Notes: a model not told the origin generated them from the sequence alone. A stretch of 64,000 nucleotides of DNA from Eledone cirrhosa (GCA_964016885.1 OZ024748.1:9796001-9860000), one strand, 5' to 3'; shown: positions 28,221 to 47,366, counted from the first letter of the stretch. Made by a program: numbers and translations.

Positions 28221-28903
28221 GTTTAAAGTTGTTGCTTCTGTGTGTATATATATATATATGTGTGTGCAATGCAGAACTGTGTGAGTGGCCTCTCTTCATT
28301 TATGATGAAGACTGACTTCATACATATTATCAATAAATGTGTGATGGTGATCTTGACACAAATAATTGATTTGTTTCACATTTACAATGAACTAAAGACC
28401 AACTTCAACAATTGAAGACCGAATCTTGGAAAAAGCTAGAAAAAACACAATTAAACAAAAATTGATGTGATTAGATTACATGAAACAAAAAAACAATTTT
28501 CAAAAAAATAAAATAAATTCAAATGAATGAAAATTGAACATTTTTTCTCATTGAAAACATATTTCTTAAAGAATAATTTCTAATGAGTTTTTAGTGAAAC
28601 TCAACTGTTGTCTTGAGATTATATATATATGTGTGTGTGGGTGTGTGTGTGTATACATACAGAGAAAGAGTGAGAGAGAAATGGAGAAGGGACGTGAGTG
28701 GATATATTTATGTATGTGTGCGTGTGTGAATGTATGTCAATGTTGTGGTTTTGCACTTTCAGAAGAAGCACAATTGCCTGCCAAACGTTTTAAAACCTCC
28801 TACTGCCGCAGTTAAAAAATGGATGAAAAACTGAAATATTTGGTACACATTAATAAATTAATGGACTATGGACAGAATGTTGAGAGCAAGGGGAAAATGT
28901 GTA

Positions 28904-28939
<36 letters not shown>

Positions 28940-29550
28940 TCACATGTGTGAACACAAGATGGCTGCTGTGTAAGAAACCCAACATATTCAAGAGTCAGAA
29001 ATGTGAAAATGGTGTCAGAAAGTTTAACACTCAACACACACAATCATATAAAGCAGTGCTCCAGTATGGCCACAGTCCAATGATTGAGACCAGTAAAAGA
29101 ACATAGTGTGTACGTGTGTATAGATCGTGTTGTTTTGGGTTTTATCTAAATATATATTTAATGTCAGCAGAGCAGATAGTGAAATTGTTTCAAGAAATAT
29201 TCTAAGTGGAAACAGATGCCATAGATTTTATATAGAAATGTTAATGTATAGCTACCATGTAACATGTTGGATGTAGAATTAGATAAACCAGCAATTGTAA
29301 GAATGACAACATAACTAATGATGAGCAGTGATTGAAAGGCACTTTTCTTTTTTAAAGAGGGCTCATTTATTTGTTATTAGTCTCTGGAGAAGAAAACATA
29401 CCACTTAACATCCTGTACTGCATTAGCAAGAATATCCTTCCATATACTGTACTGATTGTGTTGTTATTTCTGTTTACCTTTTATATACATATATCCATAC
29501 ATACACATGTATATGTAATATATATATATATATACATACACATGTATATG

Positions 29551-29587
<37 letters not shown>

Positions 29588-29685
29588 CACATGTATATGT
29601 AATATATATATATATATATACATAATATATATACATACATATATATATATATATAGACACACACACATATATACACACACATATG

Positions 29686-29767
<82 letters not shown>

Positions 29768-30064
29768 TATATATATATATACACACATATATAAACATAT
29801 TACACTTAAGCAAAATATTAAGTTTAATTACTTCTCGGAGTTAGATAATTTATCTGTATATTTTATCATTTTATCCTTTCATTGAGATGTCTAAGTACGG
29901 GGGACAAATAACTTTGTAATTCATATATATATATAGAGAGAGAGATTGAGAGGAGGGGCTGTGTGGTTACTGATAACGAGTGTTAGAAGGTAAGGAGACA
30001 CAAACGAGATGGACAGTCTCCCTTCATCAGTAGTTTACTACGGGTCATATATATATATATAGAT

Positions 30065-30790
30065 AGATATAAACACACATACAGGGATCGTTTCATCTTT
30101 GCAGATGATTGCCATTTCTATAAAGCCCCAACGCCATCACCACCCTCAAACATCCATTCATGGCTTCTTAAGTGGCTTTTGAGTCCAGCATTAGATTCAC
30201 ACGGGGTCTGCAGCAAATGTGACAGACAAAAGATGTGCCCTCTATTGGATTGATTGGGTCAGTTTGTGGGATGTTATCCTTATATACCTTCATATGCCTT
30301 TTAAGACCAGAGATTGATTTGCAGATCTTTTTGCACACCACACAAATTGTCTAACCTAGTATTGGAGGGATAGAGCTGCATACAGTTGGTCTTTCACGTG
30401 ATTTTATATGAGCGATGTACCCAGATTTAGAGAACAACAGATGACCACACACTTCACATATCCAGCTCCCTATGTTCTTATTGAGGTTTATACTGTGGCC
30501 TAATCGAAGCTGATGCTTAAGTCTTTCATGGTGAAGACATCTCTCTTCAAACATTCTGCAACCTTCCTTCACATGTCCTCTCACTTCAACCCTCTTTAAA
30601 GTTAGCGATTCCTAGCTCTGAACTTCAATCTGTAGATCCTTAAGGTTGTTTTTTATGCAATCTTTGTGCAATCGGCTGCAAAATAGCTGTTTTGGAAGTC
30701 TATCCTCATTCATTTGGACAACATGACCTTCCCAATGTATTTAAGAGGATATGGTGGCAGATTCAATGCTTGTGCATCCAGCATCTTCAA
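30065..30790 (-). mobile_element. RTE-like LINE 3' fragment with C2H2-like motif
   Basis: WICEVCGHLLFSKSGYIAHIKS; flanked by microsatellite. Confidence 0.6.
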
Positions 30791-30892
30791 GGATTTGTAT
30801 GTCACTTATACACACACACAAGCACATATATATGCAGAAATATCGTAGGTGTCAAAAAGGAAAACAGAGCTCAATTGGGAAGAGAGCTGATA

Positions 30893-31141
30893 TATTATTT
30901 ATGTAGGTTCATATACGGAACAAAGGCATTACCTAAGGTTTCAAGATTCAATATCAAGGACCATATCTCCAGAATGTAAGAGGGATAAAAATTGTGATCT
31001 AATTTTCAGGTGCTTATATGAATTTAAGCGAAGATTAGATCACAATTTTGATCCCTCTTACATTCTGGAGATATGGTCAATATTGAACCTTGAAACCTTA
31101 GGTAATGCTTTTGTTCCATGTATGAACATACATAAATAATA
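30893..31141. repeat. Foldback (~110-bp arms) with decayed hammerhead-like motif
   Basis: Reverse-complement arms; CUGGAGA...GAAA-CCUUAGG-UA at 31065-31104; a third diverged copy at about 31330-31385. Confidence 0.85.
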
Positions 31142-34100
31142 AAATATATATATATATATATAATACTATACTCGATACCTTTATAAATACTAACATTTCT
31201 ATATTACATTGCACCATATAATACAATACTTCTGCTATAGTATACCAACATGTGGTTGAACTCATAATTCATATTTACATCTTGGGAGTTATTTCCATTT
31301 GTTTTATGAAGAAAGGTCACTACTTGGATGCCTCAGAGGTATGGTCAAATTTGGACCTTGAAACCTTGGGTAGTGCCTTTGTTCCTAACACTAATTCTAA
31401 CTGTAATCCAAACCATTATTCTTGACAAAAGAAACATGTATATTTCCATGTAAGCAAAATAGTATGCAAGCCCCCACCTGCCTCAAAGAATTGCGCAGCA
31501 AACCAATTTGCCATCCTTTTTTAAAATAAAAAATTAAAAAAACATTTCCCTGAACTTGCAAGTAGTAAAGATAAAAATACATAGATATGGTTATTTCAAT
31601 ATTGGTGAGGTAACAGTTGATTTGTACATTATCTGGGACAAATATATGGTGGAGCATCTCAACAGAAACAATGGAAATATTACATATGGAAGACTAATGT
31701 TTTAACATCACTATAGAACACTGGAGAGATAGTATAGTATACTGTACTGTACTAGATATATAGTATGGTATATTGTACTGGATATATAATATGGTATACT
31801 GTACTACAGAATATATATCTATATATATATATACACGCACACTGTACTAGAGAATATATATACACATACTGTACTACAGACATACTCTTGGGTCTTTAAA
31901 TGTGTGATGAAGTTTAACTTATTATTCTTTAAATCAGAGAACTATTCTAAAGAGAAAGATGTCAGGATTCAATGAAACATTATCTGCTTCTCACTTCTCA
32001 CATCAATATCTTCATGTTCCAACAGAAGAGATGAAAGATATCAGGAATGCGGTGAAATCTAAGATAATTTTCAGCAACACTAACATTGGCATTATTAAGT
32101 TTAATAATGTCTTTGTTTATTTTGTTCTTTTCTAGTGAGAAAGGTAAGAGGAAAAGGAGGAGTAGCTTTAGTTAACAAAATCAACTCAGCATATTACTGG
32201 TACTTATTGAAGTTGAAGTGAAGATTTGAACTGAGAATGTGGGAAAAACAAAATAAAATATCATAAAGGAATCTAGTTTGATTCTCTAGCACAGTGGTGG
32301 TGGTTATGTAGTCGGGGTGTAGTGTTAGATCAGGCAACGGTTTAAATCTAGCAACCAAGTAAATGACAGTGGGATTTCAACTGAAAACATACACCCTAAA
32401 TAAACAACAGAGGAACGTTTGTCATAATCTCTCATAACTCAACCAATTGTTGGCAGTTGTGACAAAATTATTGACATCTCAATAATATACCATATATGTA
32501 ATAAACGGATTTAGAAATATAACTGTAATTACATATACTGGTTAAGAGTTTTTGGTTCCTGATTGAAAGGTTGTTAGTTCAATTCCTGCACCTGTTACTC
32601 CATTCCACTCAACTGATGCCAAGCTGTATCAAACTTTGCCTTTCCCTGAGACATCATCAAATATAATATATATATGGTGTGTATAGGAGTTGCGACGTCA
32701 CTGGTGCCAGGCTGTATTGGCCTTTGCCTTTCCCTTAGACAACGTTGGTGGCGTGGAGAAGGAAGACTGGTATGCACGGCTGTCTGCTGAGCTTCCACAA
32801 AAACAACTTGCTTGGTCTTGTGTCTTGAAGGTCAACTTTCCATGTATAAACCAACGGTTAGACTGACCGAGAGAATGACAAGTACTGTGAACATCATATC
32901 ATATACTGTGTGATGTTAACCAGCTGAAATTTCATGATATTTTGATAGTGATTTCAATTTAAATAGGAACATTTAATACGAGCAACATTAGGTGGGTTGG
33001 CATGAAAAAAAAGGTGAAATAAGATGTAAAAGACCAATAAATATGTTTATTTCCCTGCCTATTGATAATTTAGAAAGTTATATAATAGGATTGAAGCAAA
33101 ATTTAAGCAATCCAAGTAAAGCAGCTCTGAAGTTATTGAAATCTGATGATGATGAATTTGTGAAAAAAAGTAATATTTAATTGAGGATGGCATTCAGTAA
33201 GTTACAGAACATTTATTTTAAAAGTAACACACATACCAGTGTGTGTGTGTACGTGTTTATGTGTGTGTGTGTGTGTGTATGTGTGGTTCTGATATGGTGA
33301 TTGTAGAAGCCTGCTCAACAGGAAGAACTTGTATAAAAAGATTTATTCATATTTCTACATGGCCACAATACTTCAGTAAAATGTGTTTATGCTTCATCAG
33401 AAGTATATTGGGACATTGTGGACATGTTGTAAAAATGGGAATAATTTTTCTTATATAAGAAACAGATTATGTAGAAAACTGGTTTTTCTATGTTAACAAC
33501 TCATTAAAAACTAATACTATTCCATACAAATACAAACAGCAGAAGGTGACAAAACATCTATTAGGCAGTGTTTGAGTTAGGACTAACTAAACAAGAATCT
33601 AAGAGGAATTTGCAGTGAAAAATATATATCCTCAACAATAATTTGCAAGACTGATATTCAAATATTGTTGTTGTTTTTTTAGTTTTAAAAATGAGCCCCA
33701 TCCCCAAAATAAATAAAACTTAAAATTAAATATTAGTAATGAGTTAAAGATAAATGTATACAGGTAACATTTTTGTTGTTACAGCTCACACCTGTGTAGC
33801 TTTAGCCACCCTTCTATAAAGTTGTATCACACAGGAGGTATCTATGATGGGGGTCTCAGTTTTATCAGAATTTTTCTTGTTGTATATTGTTTGATATGAA
33901 TATAGTTGATCAAATGAATTTAAAATATAACTGTAAAAAATAATTATATTCAAAGTTATATTAAATAAAAGAAATAGAAAGATAAGAATATTGTGGTTTT
34001 CTAAAATTGAAACATTTTGAAATACACCCCTCCAAAATAATTTCAGCACATATGGAACAGAACATTATTATTATCATCATCATCATCATCATCCTCATCA

Positions 34101-34464
34101 ACATAAATAAGACCAGGTTTTAAGATTACACAGAATGGAATATTAGAAAGATTTTCAGTTTAAAGTAAAAAAATATCTCCAAGTTAAAACATAATTCTGA
34201 TTGTCTGTAGAATTTTGATACAAAGATGGATGGATAGGGCAAAAAAGGAATACAATCCTACAACATAGATTAAAAGATTATGCAATACATATGTATGTAT
34301 ATATATATACACACACACATACATATATATGCACACATATATACACACACACATATATATACACACACACACACACATCTGCATATGTGTGTATTCATGA
34401 TTAAATATATGTATGTACATGTATATGTCTGTGTATGTATGTATGTATGTATGTATGTATGTGC

Positions 34465-34501
<37 letters not shown>

Positions 34502-34878
34502 GTGGGTAGTATTATATATTATCCAATTACGTATGAAAAAAGCTCAATGTAAAATAACAAGTATACGACAGAGCTGAAATGCATTATCTATAATATATAT
34601 ATACACACATACATATATATATATATACATATATACAGATATATATATATACATACACACACATATATATATACATACATACATATATATACATACATAC
34701 ACATACATATATATATACATACATACATATATATACATACATACACATATATACATACATACACATACACACACATATATATATATACATACACATATAT
34801 ACATACATACATACACACACACATATATACATACATACACATATATATATATATATATACTTACACACATATATATAT

Positions 34879-34911
<33 letters not shown>

Positions 34912-35354
34912 CATACGTATATATACATACATACGTATATATACATACATACATACACACACATATATATATACATATTTCATCATCATCATTTCATTTT
35001 ACGTCCGCTTTTTCCCTGCTTGCAAGGGTGGGACGGGAACTGATGCTGGCTTGATTTCTACAGCTGGATGCCCTTCCTAACACCAACCTCATTTACAGTG
35101 AGTGCTGGGTGCTTTTTTGCTGTGGCACCTCCACGACTACTTTGCAGTGGAATGATAGGGACCCCAGTCCTTATCATCTTATTTCTACAGCTGAGTAAAC
35201 TGGAGCAATGTGAAATAAAGTGTCTTGCTCAAGGAAACAACACATGACCCGGTCTGAGAATTGCAAGGCCAATCCTCTAACCACTAAGCCATGTGCCTCA
35301 TACACACATATACATATATATATACATATATATACATACATACATACATATATA

Positions 35355-35386
<32 letters not shown>

Positions 35387-35573
35387 CATACATATATATA
35401 CATACATACATACATATATATATACATACATACATACATATATATATATACATACATACATATATATATACATACATACATATACATACATACATATACA
35501 TACATACATACATACATATATATATATACATACATACATATATATATACATACATACATATACATACATACAT

Positions 35574-35606
<33 letters not shown>

Positions 35607-35639
35607 CATACATACATATATATACATACATACATACAT

Positions 35640-35672
<33 letters not shown>

Positions 35673-35694
35673 TACACATATATATACATACATA

Positions 35695-35726
<32 letters not shown>

Positions 35727-35744
35727 CACATATATATACATACA

Positions 35745-35776
<32 letters not shown>

Positions 35777-35839
35777 CACATATATATACATATATATATA
35801 TATACATACATAAATATATACATATACATAAATATATAC

Positions 35840-35938
<99 letters not shown>

Positions 35939-36071
35939 CATATATACATATATATACAAACATACATATATATATATACATACATATATATATATACATA
36001 CATTCGGTATACAAGGATGCAATTCACTTTTAGCTTTCAACGTCATATTTCCTAAAAACAAGGATGACAGA

Positions 36072-36137
<66 letters not shown>

Positions 36138-38059
36138 GCCCCCCCCCCCCCACCGCAAGGTGGTCGTGGAGGTGCCACGGCAAAAAAGCACCCAGCCCAC
36201 ACTGTAAAGTGGACGTGTAGGCGCCACGAAAAAGCACCCAGCACTCACTGTAAATGAGGTTGGTGTTAGGAAGGGCATCCAGCTGTAGAAATCAAGCCAG
36301 ATCAGTTCCTGTATGAGCAAGGCATGGTCAGCCGACCAGACACTGCCCACAACAGGACAACCCGTCTAACCCATGCTAGCGTGGAAGAACGGACGTAAAA
36401 CGGTGATGATGATGATGATGATGATATATGTATATATATATATATATATAACATACATTTTCCTCTTAATATAAATATATAATAAATTTTTATATATATA
36501 TATATATAAAAATATATATAAAAAGAGGAAAATGTATGTTATATATATATATTATAAAATACGTGCAAATTTTTGTGCATATATGTATACTTGTATGTAT
36601 ATATATATATGACTGTGTTTAATTTACTTTACACTTATAGCTTTTTATTCTAAAAATAATCTTATTAATAACCAAATTAGGTTATTTGGTATTTTAGTAA
36701 CTAGAACTTCTTAGTTATTGCTATTTTTATTACTGAATTAAGCTTCCATAATTTTTGTATTGTCTTTTTTAATATAATTTAATAATATTATTCTTATAAT
36801 TAAGTATAAGCTCTAGTTATAATATTATTTTAGTGTGCAGTTTATGTGTATTAGTGTGTAATGGTCAAGCAAAATATCTTTAGTTACTGCACGTTATATA
36901 TTTATTACTAATTAATTTTTAATTGCGAGTTTAGTCTTCCATAAAGTTTTAATCTTTTCCCAACTATATTTTAAATTTGTTTGCATTTCAGAATGGAGAT
37001 GTTTCAACATGTGGTTAGTAAATAATTCATCATCCTTTTGACGTCTATTTTTCCATGCTGCCATGGGTTAGACATCTATCTTATGAGACAAGTTTGGACA
37101 GTTGGAACTTTATTTTGCCTGTTTTACAGCTGGATGTCCTCCCTAACACAAACCACATTTACAGCAGATGAGATACATTATCATGTGGTAGTTAAGAACA
37201 ATCAAACTTTATACTCAGTTTTAGATATATGTGTAGGCAACACGGTAAAAACCTCCCAGCCCCACACTGTAAATGTGGTTGGTGTTAGGAAGGGCATTCA
37301 ACTGTAGAAAACCCGCCAGACAGTCCTATGCGAGCAAGACAACCACTCTTGCCTCAAGTGGGAAAACCCCCGTCCAAACCCATGCAAGCGTGGAACACGG
37401 ACGCTAAACCTGATGATGATGATGATGATGATGATATGTATGTGTGTGTGTGTGTGTGCGTGCATATATAAGTATATGTGTATATTTATATGTATGCATA
37501 TGTGTGTATATATATTTTTCATACTCTATATTTTTGGTAACACATACATCCACACCTGTCAGCACATATTCATGCATGATAACTATTAGCGCCCACCTTT
37601 AGTCCTTACTCTGAAAATATTTACCTTACTTATTATTATTACAACTATTAACATTATTTTCCATATATGGTTGGTGGAAAATATTTGGTTATTCTACAAA
37701 AAAATTAGTTTCCTGATTCTTTCATAGCAAGAAGTTTTTCTCCACATTCACTTAATGACATAATCTCCTTACATACATTTCACCGCATCTCAAGAGAACG
37801 TCTTCAGGTGCTACCATTATGTCTTTCTATTTTCCAAAAGTAATATTTCGTCGTAATATTTTTGAAATATTTTCTTTTGCGTCCAGATTGATATTTCTGT
37901 TTCAGAAGATCCACCTTTAAGAAGAAAGCAGAAATTATTTGCTTAAACTTTTAATCTGTGCTAATAATATATGTGTATATATATATACCACACACACGCA
38001 CACATATATATCTGGTCATCTGCTTCCTCCAGCCTCACGGCAACAGGACACTATGCTCT

Positions 38060-38410
38060 ACCATCTTTAAATGTTTCTAGCAAGGGTTGGTACTTCAAAC
38101 CAGTTTGTGCCACACCTGCTCAGGACATCTTTTAGGATGGATCTCCAGGACCTCTTTGGTCTACCCTTTTGGTCTTTTCCCACCAGCTGGCAACCATGAC
38201 ATTACAGTTCTTGCTGGTACATTGTCCCCCAGTCATAGGACATGACCTGCCAGCTGCATTCTTCTGCTCTTCATGACAAGACTCAGGTGTGTCGTATTGG
38301 CTCTTTGAAGCACATCTTCGTTTGTGATATTGTCTTGCCCAGAATCTTTCAGTGGCACCTTATATTGGAAAGTATCAAGCTGTTTTTCAGTTCTGGCAGT
38401 ACTCTCCCGT
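38060..38410 (-). mobile_element. RTE-like LINE 3' fragment
   Basis: Degenerate LQLAGHVL and KRPKGRPK motifs on the minus strand. Confidence 0.55.
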
Positions 38411-38718
38411 CAGTAGCATAAGTTATTGTTGAGGTAACAACTGACCAGAATAATTTCCACAATTTCATTTGTGATGTTGGCTTCTTTGATTACCATATTT
38501 GATATCCTTTGTTTTATGTCAGCTTCAGTATTGTCATCTGCTATCTGAATGAAGTGTATTAGCTGTAAAACATTGGCACAGAAATAACCCCATATGGGGC
38601 CCACAAAACTAATCCCTGGTAATTGGCCTTGGGGACTGTCATGGGGCCACAAGACTAATCTTTAGAAAATGGCCTTGAAACTTTTACAAACGTAAATTAC
38701 CATTTACAAACGTTGGAT

Positions 38719-38866
38719 CAACAGCAGATGTTCTACACCCTACTGATTATCAACTGAGCTTAAACCCCAACAGCAGATGTTCTACACCCTACTGATTATC
38801 AACTGAGCTTAAACCCCAACAGCAGATGTTCTACACCCTACTGATTATCAACTGAGCTTAAACCCC
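38719..38866. repeat. 49-bp perfect tandem repeat x3
   Basis: Unit CAACAGCAGATGTTCTACACCCTACTGATTATCAACTGAGCTTAAACCC. Confidence 0.92.
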
Positions 38867-38912
38867 ATCTTGCCAAACGTACAGTTGTTTCCTCAACTTG
38901 CTATATATATAT

Positions 38913-38914
<2 letters not shown>

Positions 38915-38992
<78 letters not shown>
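38915..38992. repeat. (GA)n microsatellite
   Basis: Direct reading. Confidence 0.95.
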
Positions 38993-38995
<3 letters not shown>

Positions 38996-40047
38996 TTAGT
39001 ATGACTGAAGAAGTTACTAGCTAGAAGTCATTGGAGGAGGCAATAACTGATTTAAATGAAAACACTTACCCCTATATCCCAGTTGAAGGAAGTCATTGTT
39101 GGACAGTGAACTGTAGGAGTGTGATGATTAAAACCATTACACATTGTCTTAAATGGATAAGTAGAGAGAAAGAGAGAAAATGTGTGCATATGCTTTTCAA
39201 ATAAAGTTTACAAAAAAAATCTAATCGTACCTGATAGATGCTGGGTTTTGGTGGAAATATGTTGTGTGTGTGTATATATATGTGTGTATGTATATATATG
39301 TCTGTGTGGTTTTAGTAACCATTCCAAAGATTCTACATTTGAGTTTCTTGGATTGAACACACAAACACAAACCCATATACTGACATAAACATGTAAACAG
39401 ACAGGAGTAATTATACACAAGTGTACACTACATATGGGTGTGTTTACACATTACACAAGTGTAAGTATATCCACACATACACACATATGAATTTGTACTT
39501 ACATTTTCATAAACTTTGTGACTTTGTTACTGACCAGATTGACCCCCTCCCAAATTCCAAAGACATATTTTCATTCTTAGATAATACTTTTACAGACAGG
39601 TGGGTAAATAGATAGACAGACAGCTATCTCTAGGACAAGCACATGTAACTAAAATACCCAAATCCCAACTAGTTGCTGTTTAAACTAATCATAAAACAGT
39701 ATATAGTACAAGAAGAATACAAATATTTAAGTGTAGAAGAAAGAGATAAAATATTCTGAAAATAAAGAAACTTACTGAGAATAGAATGTTTTGCTTTTGT
39801 ATTACCCGCAAGCTGGATTTGAAAGTTAATATTTATCTTATCTCTAAGAAATGATAAAAAATGGACAGATGGATGCTGGGCAAATTAATATAAAAATCTT
39901 ATGTTAAGAAACTTGAGACCTGAGAAGTAAAGCTTAAAAGTGATTTCTTAGGGTATGGGCTGGTAATCTGGTGAGGGTGAACCCTTTTTATCTATAAAAA
40001 CCTGCTTCGATTGGATGTCGATTATACATACATATGCATATATACAT

Positions 40048-40090
<43 letters not shown>

Positions 40091-41089
40091 ATATATACAT
40101 ACATATGTATACACATATACATATACACACACACAAATATATATATATATATATATACACTATATATATATGAGAGGTTACTAGTTAAGACCAGTACAAC
40201 CATTATTCAACTTCGTGGTCCATACTTAAGGAAAGTAGAATATATATGTTTATACATGTCTTTATAAGGATTCATCAAAGCCCAACAGTTAAGCCGGCAT
40301 TATTTTGAAATGGCAGAAACCTAACCATTGCACTAAAAATCCCTACAATAATATGAGAGGGGGGGGGGGGGGGGCAGAGAGAATTGTTGTTGTACAAAAG
40401 CTGGGAAAACAACAGATGAAGGAAATATTCTATGCATGTTTAGGTTCAGATTTAGGGGCCCACACAATTCTGGAAGGCTTCCAAATGTTTAACACTGAAT
40501 TTCAACAAACAGTTTAAAGGCCATTAGCCTAGAGGCCTGCTGAAATGGAGTGGGTCTTTGGTTGGTATTTTATTAATTACTATAAACACACACACATATA
40601 ACATATAATATATATATATATATATATATTCTTATTAGTTAAACGATGATGATGATGATGAAAGGTAGAGTTGATGTAATTGGAACAAAGAATATAAACA
40701 ATTGTAGATAAATATGCCAAACTACTTTGTTCAATGCTCTAATTATTCTAGCAATCTTCTACCTTTATAATAATAATGATGAAAAAATATTGGGGAATTT
40801 ATAAAAAGATATCCAAAATAAAATTACTTAGTTTATATATCATGGTGGGTGGAAGTATTAGGTGTGTGTGAGTTCATATATATACACATATATATACACA
40901 TATATATATATATATATATAAAAATGATGGCTGCCATTACACGATATACCATTACTAATAATTATGAATGAATTCTATCGTGCAATGCTTGAAGATATTT
41001 TTTAAAGTGAGGAAAGACTGTGCACTGAGCCAATCCCACTCTCTGGATGACAGTAGCTATAACCCTAAAAGAATATCCCTTTTGCTTAT

Positions 41090-43066
<1,977 letters not shown>

Positions 43067-43069
43067 AAC

Positions 43070-43645
43070 AAATAACAAAGCCAGAGGAGTTCTTTGATGC
43101 CACAACACTACATGAAGAAATGGCGACCATCAACCACATAGACATAACGAAGGAAAATGTGGTAAACACCATAGATGAAATTAGACTCTGCTTGCTGAAC
43201 CTGATGTATTCCCAGCAGTCCTCTTAAAAACATATAAGCAGGCCTATGCAACTCCACTGAAGATGCTCTTCAGAAGCTTCTTGGCTAGCGGTATACTACC
43301 CAGGGAGCTGAAAGAAGGCACAATATGCCTTATCCATAAAGAAGGTAGCAGAGCGGAGGCCAAAAACTATAGGTCAGTTTCCCTGACTTCGCATATCAGT
43401 AAGGTCATGGAGCGAGTCGTCAGAAAGAAACTGATCACTTTCCTCGAGGAAAATGACCGCCTGACTAGCCCGCAGCATGGCTTCCCCCCAGGTAGAAGCT
43501 GCCTTACACAGCTGCTACATCACTACGACTGGGTACTGAAACAACTGCTAGACAGCTCACATATGGACGTGATATATCTTGACTTTGCGAAGCCTTTGAC
43601 AAGGTCAACCGCGGAATGATATGTCACAAACTACACAGACTCGGT
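43070..43645 (+). mobile_element. CR1/Jockey-superfamily LINE RT fragment
   Basis: NYRSVSLTSHISKVMER, QHGF..GRSCLTQL and DVIYLDFAK motifs; related fragment at about 60570-61185. Confidence 0.85.
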
Positions 43646-43800
43646 GCTGACGATAGCTAATAAGCTTGAAACTAGTACATCGTTCCTGTGTCAGTGTGAA
43701 CAAAAGGGCGACGATGGTTACCGATCACCGTACGGCGTAATTCAGGCCGTTTGTTTACAAACAAACCGAACATTATAATAAATGTTCGGTAAACCCGTAC
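43645..43800 (-). mobile_element. Probable Tc1/mariner terminal fragment
   Basis: CpG-rich segment that interrupts the LINE and ends at TA, with a short internal inverted repeat accgaacatt/aatgttcggt. Confidence 0.35.
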
Positions 43801-43957
43801 GTACATATATATATGTGTGCATGTATGTATATATATACATACTACTGTGCATCTGTACACATATATGTATATACATACATATATACATACATACATATAT
43901 ATATACATATATACATACATATATATATATACATACACATACATATATACATATAAT

Positions 43958-44430
43958 ATCAAAGATTAGTGAAAAGGAGAATACTTATGCAGAACTGATG
44001 AGAAATCTGCAGATACTCCACCCTGATTACACCTTCAGATTTGTGCCTGTGATTATTGGGGCACTGGGGTATGTTAGTAACTGCCTCAATACAAATCTTG
44101 AGAAGCTAGGCTTCACAGGAACAGAAAGAACACAACTAGTTAGGAAATTACAAGTACAATCCATTAATGGAACAGTAAAAATATGTAAAACATTCCAAAA
44201 ATTTTGCATCTAATAACTGCATATACACATGTACAGATACAAAGCATATACACATGTACACATACAACTCAAAACATACACATCCACACATACAATAACA
44301 TCCATATCTACACATGCATGCATACATACATATCTACCTAGTTGATGTTGTGTAAATTCCAATGAAAGAGACTTGTGTCTATGTTAGAAACTGACTCTCT
44401 CTCTATTGGTAAAACTTTGTTAAATTATAA
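43958..44430 (+). mobile_element. Restriction-like endonuclease LINE 3' end (R4/Dong/HERO-like), inserted in microsatellite
   Basis: EKENTYAELMRNLQILHPDYTFRFVPVIIGALG motif followed by a stop and 3' UTR. Confidence 0.7.
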
Positions 44431-44440
44431 AACCAGAAGA

Positions 44441-44610
44441 ACATATACATATATACATTCATATATATACATACATATACATACATATATATATATATAT
44501 ACATACATATACATATATATATATACATACATATACATACATATACATACATATATATACATATATATATATATACATACATATACATATATATACATAC
44601 ATATACATAT

Positions 44611-44644
<34 letters not shown>

Positions 44645-44838
44645 ACATATACATATATATACATACATATACATATATATATATATATACATACATATAC
44701 ATATATATACATATACATACATATACATACATATACATATATATACATATACATACATATACATATATATACATATACATACATATATATATATATACAT
44801 ACATATATATATACATACATATATATATATATACATAC

Positions 44839-44869
<31 letters not shown>

Positions 44870-45002
44870 CATACATATATATATACATACATATATATAT
44901 ATATACATACATATATATATACATACATATATATATACATACATATATATATATATACATACATATATATATATATACATACATATATATATATATACAT
45001 AC

Positions 45003-45035
<33 letters not shown>

Positions 45036-45165
45036 CATACATATATATATATATATACATACATATATATATATATATACATACATATATATATATATAC
45101 ATACATATATATATACATACATATATATATATATACATACATATATATATATATATATACATACA

Positions 45166-45199
<34 letters not shown>

Positions 45200-45502
45200 C
45201 ATACATATATATATATATACATACATATATATATATATACATACATATATATATATATATACATACATATATATATATACATACATATATATATACATAT
45301 ATATACATATACGTACATATATATATATATATACATATACATACATACATACATATATACATACATACATATACATACATACATATATATATACATACAT
45401 ACATATATACATATACATACATATATATATACATATACATACATATATATATATACATATACATACATATATATACATATATATATATATACATATACAT
45501 AC

Positions 45503-45549
<47 letters not shown>

Positions 45550-45598
45550 CATATACATACATATATATATATATACATATATATATACATATACATAC

Positions 45599-45643
<45 letters not shown>

Positions 45644-45680
45644 CATACATACATATACATACATATATATATATATACAT

Positions 45681-45723
<43 letters not shown>

Positions 45724-46270
45724 CATACATACATATACATACATATATATATATATACATATACATACATATACATACATATATATATATATATACATAT
45801 ACATACATACATATACATACATATATATATATACATATACATACATACATATACATACATATATATATATATATACATATACATACATACATATACATAC
45901 ATATATATATATATACATATACATACATACATATACATACATATATATATATATATACATATACATACATACATATACATACATATATATATATATACAT
46001 ATACATACATACATATACATACATATATATATATATACATATACATACATACATATACATACATATATATATATATACATATACATACATATACATACAT
46101 ATATATATATATACATATACATACATATACATACATATATATATATATACATATACATACATATACATACATATATATATATATATACATACATATACAT
46201 ACATACATATACATACATATATATATATATACATATACATACATACATATACATACATATATATATATAC

Positions 46271-46306
<36 letters not shown>

Positions 46307-46380
46307 ATACATACATATATATATATACATATATATATACATATATATATATACACATATATATACATACATATATATAC

Positions 46381-46420
<40 letters not shown>

Positions 46421-46422
46421 AC

Positions 46423-46473
<51 letters not shown>

Positions 46474-46474
46474 C

Positions 46475-46556
<82 letters not shown>

Positions 46557-46650
46557 ACATATATATATATACATATATATACATACATATATATATATAC
46601 ATATATATACATACATATATATATATACATACATATATATATATATATAC

Positions 46651-46688
<38 letters not shown>

Positions 46689-46904
46689 ACATACATATAT
46701 ATATATACATATATACATATATATACATATATACATACATATATATATACATATATACATACATATATATATACATATATACATACATATATATATATAC
46801 ATATATACATACATATATATATATACATATATACATACATATATACATACACATATATACATACATATATACATACATATATACATACATATATACATAC
46901 ATAT

Positions 46905-46953
<49 letters not shown>

Positions 46954-47064
46954 TACATACATATATATATATATATACATAAATATATATATACATAAAT
47001 ATATACATACATATACATAAATATATACATACACATAAATATATACATACATACATATATTTAC

Positions 47065-47101
<37 letters not shown>

Positions 47102-47108
47102 CATATAT

Positions 47109-47146
<38 letters not shown>

Positions 47147-47366
47147 TCATAGTAATAATAATAATAAATTTGAAGACTAAAATCTAAAGAGAACTCGTTA
47201 AGGATAAATATATATCAAATATATAAGAACCCTTGAGCAAATATTTATTTATATATATATATATACACACACACACATATATATATACACATATATATAT
47301 ATACATATATATACATACATATACATACATACATATATATACATATATATACATACATATATATAC

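Noticed and set aside
36451-36540. Short inverted repeat ACATACATTTTCCTCTT/AAGAGGAAAATGTATGT
   Set aside because: It is real, but the unique arm is only about 17-20 bp around an AT tract, with no ribozyme, so it was not counted among the foldback elements.
44355-44405. CCAATGA...GAAAC hammerhead-like string in the R4-like 3' UTR
   Set aside because: Multiple core mismatches and no convincing helices.
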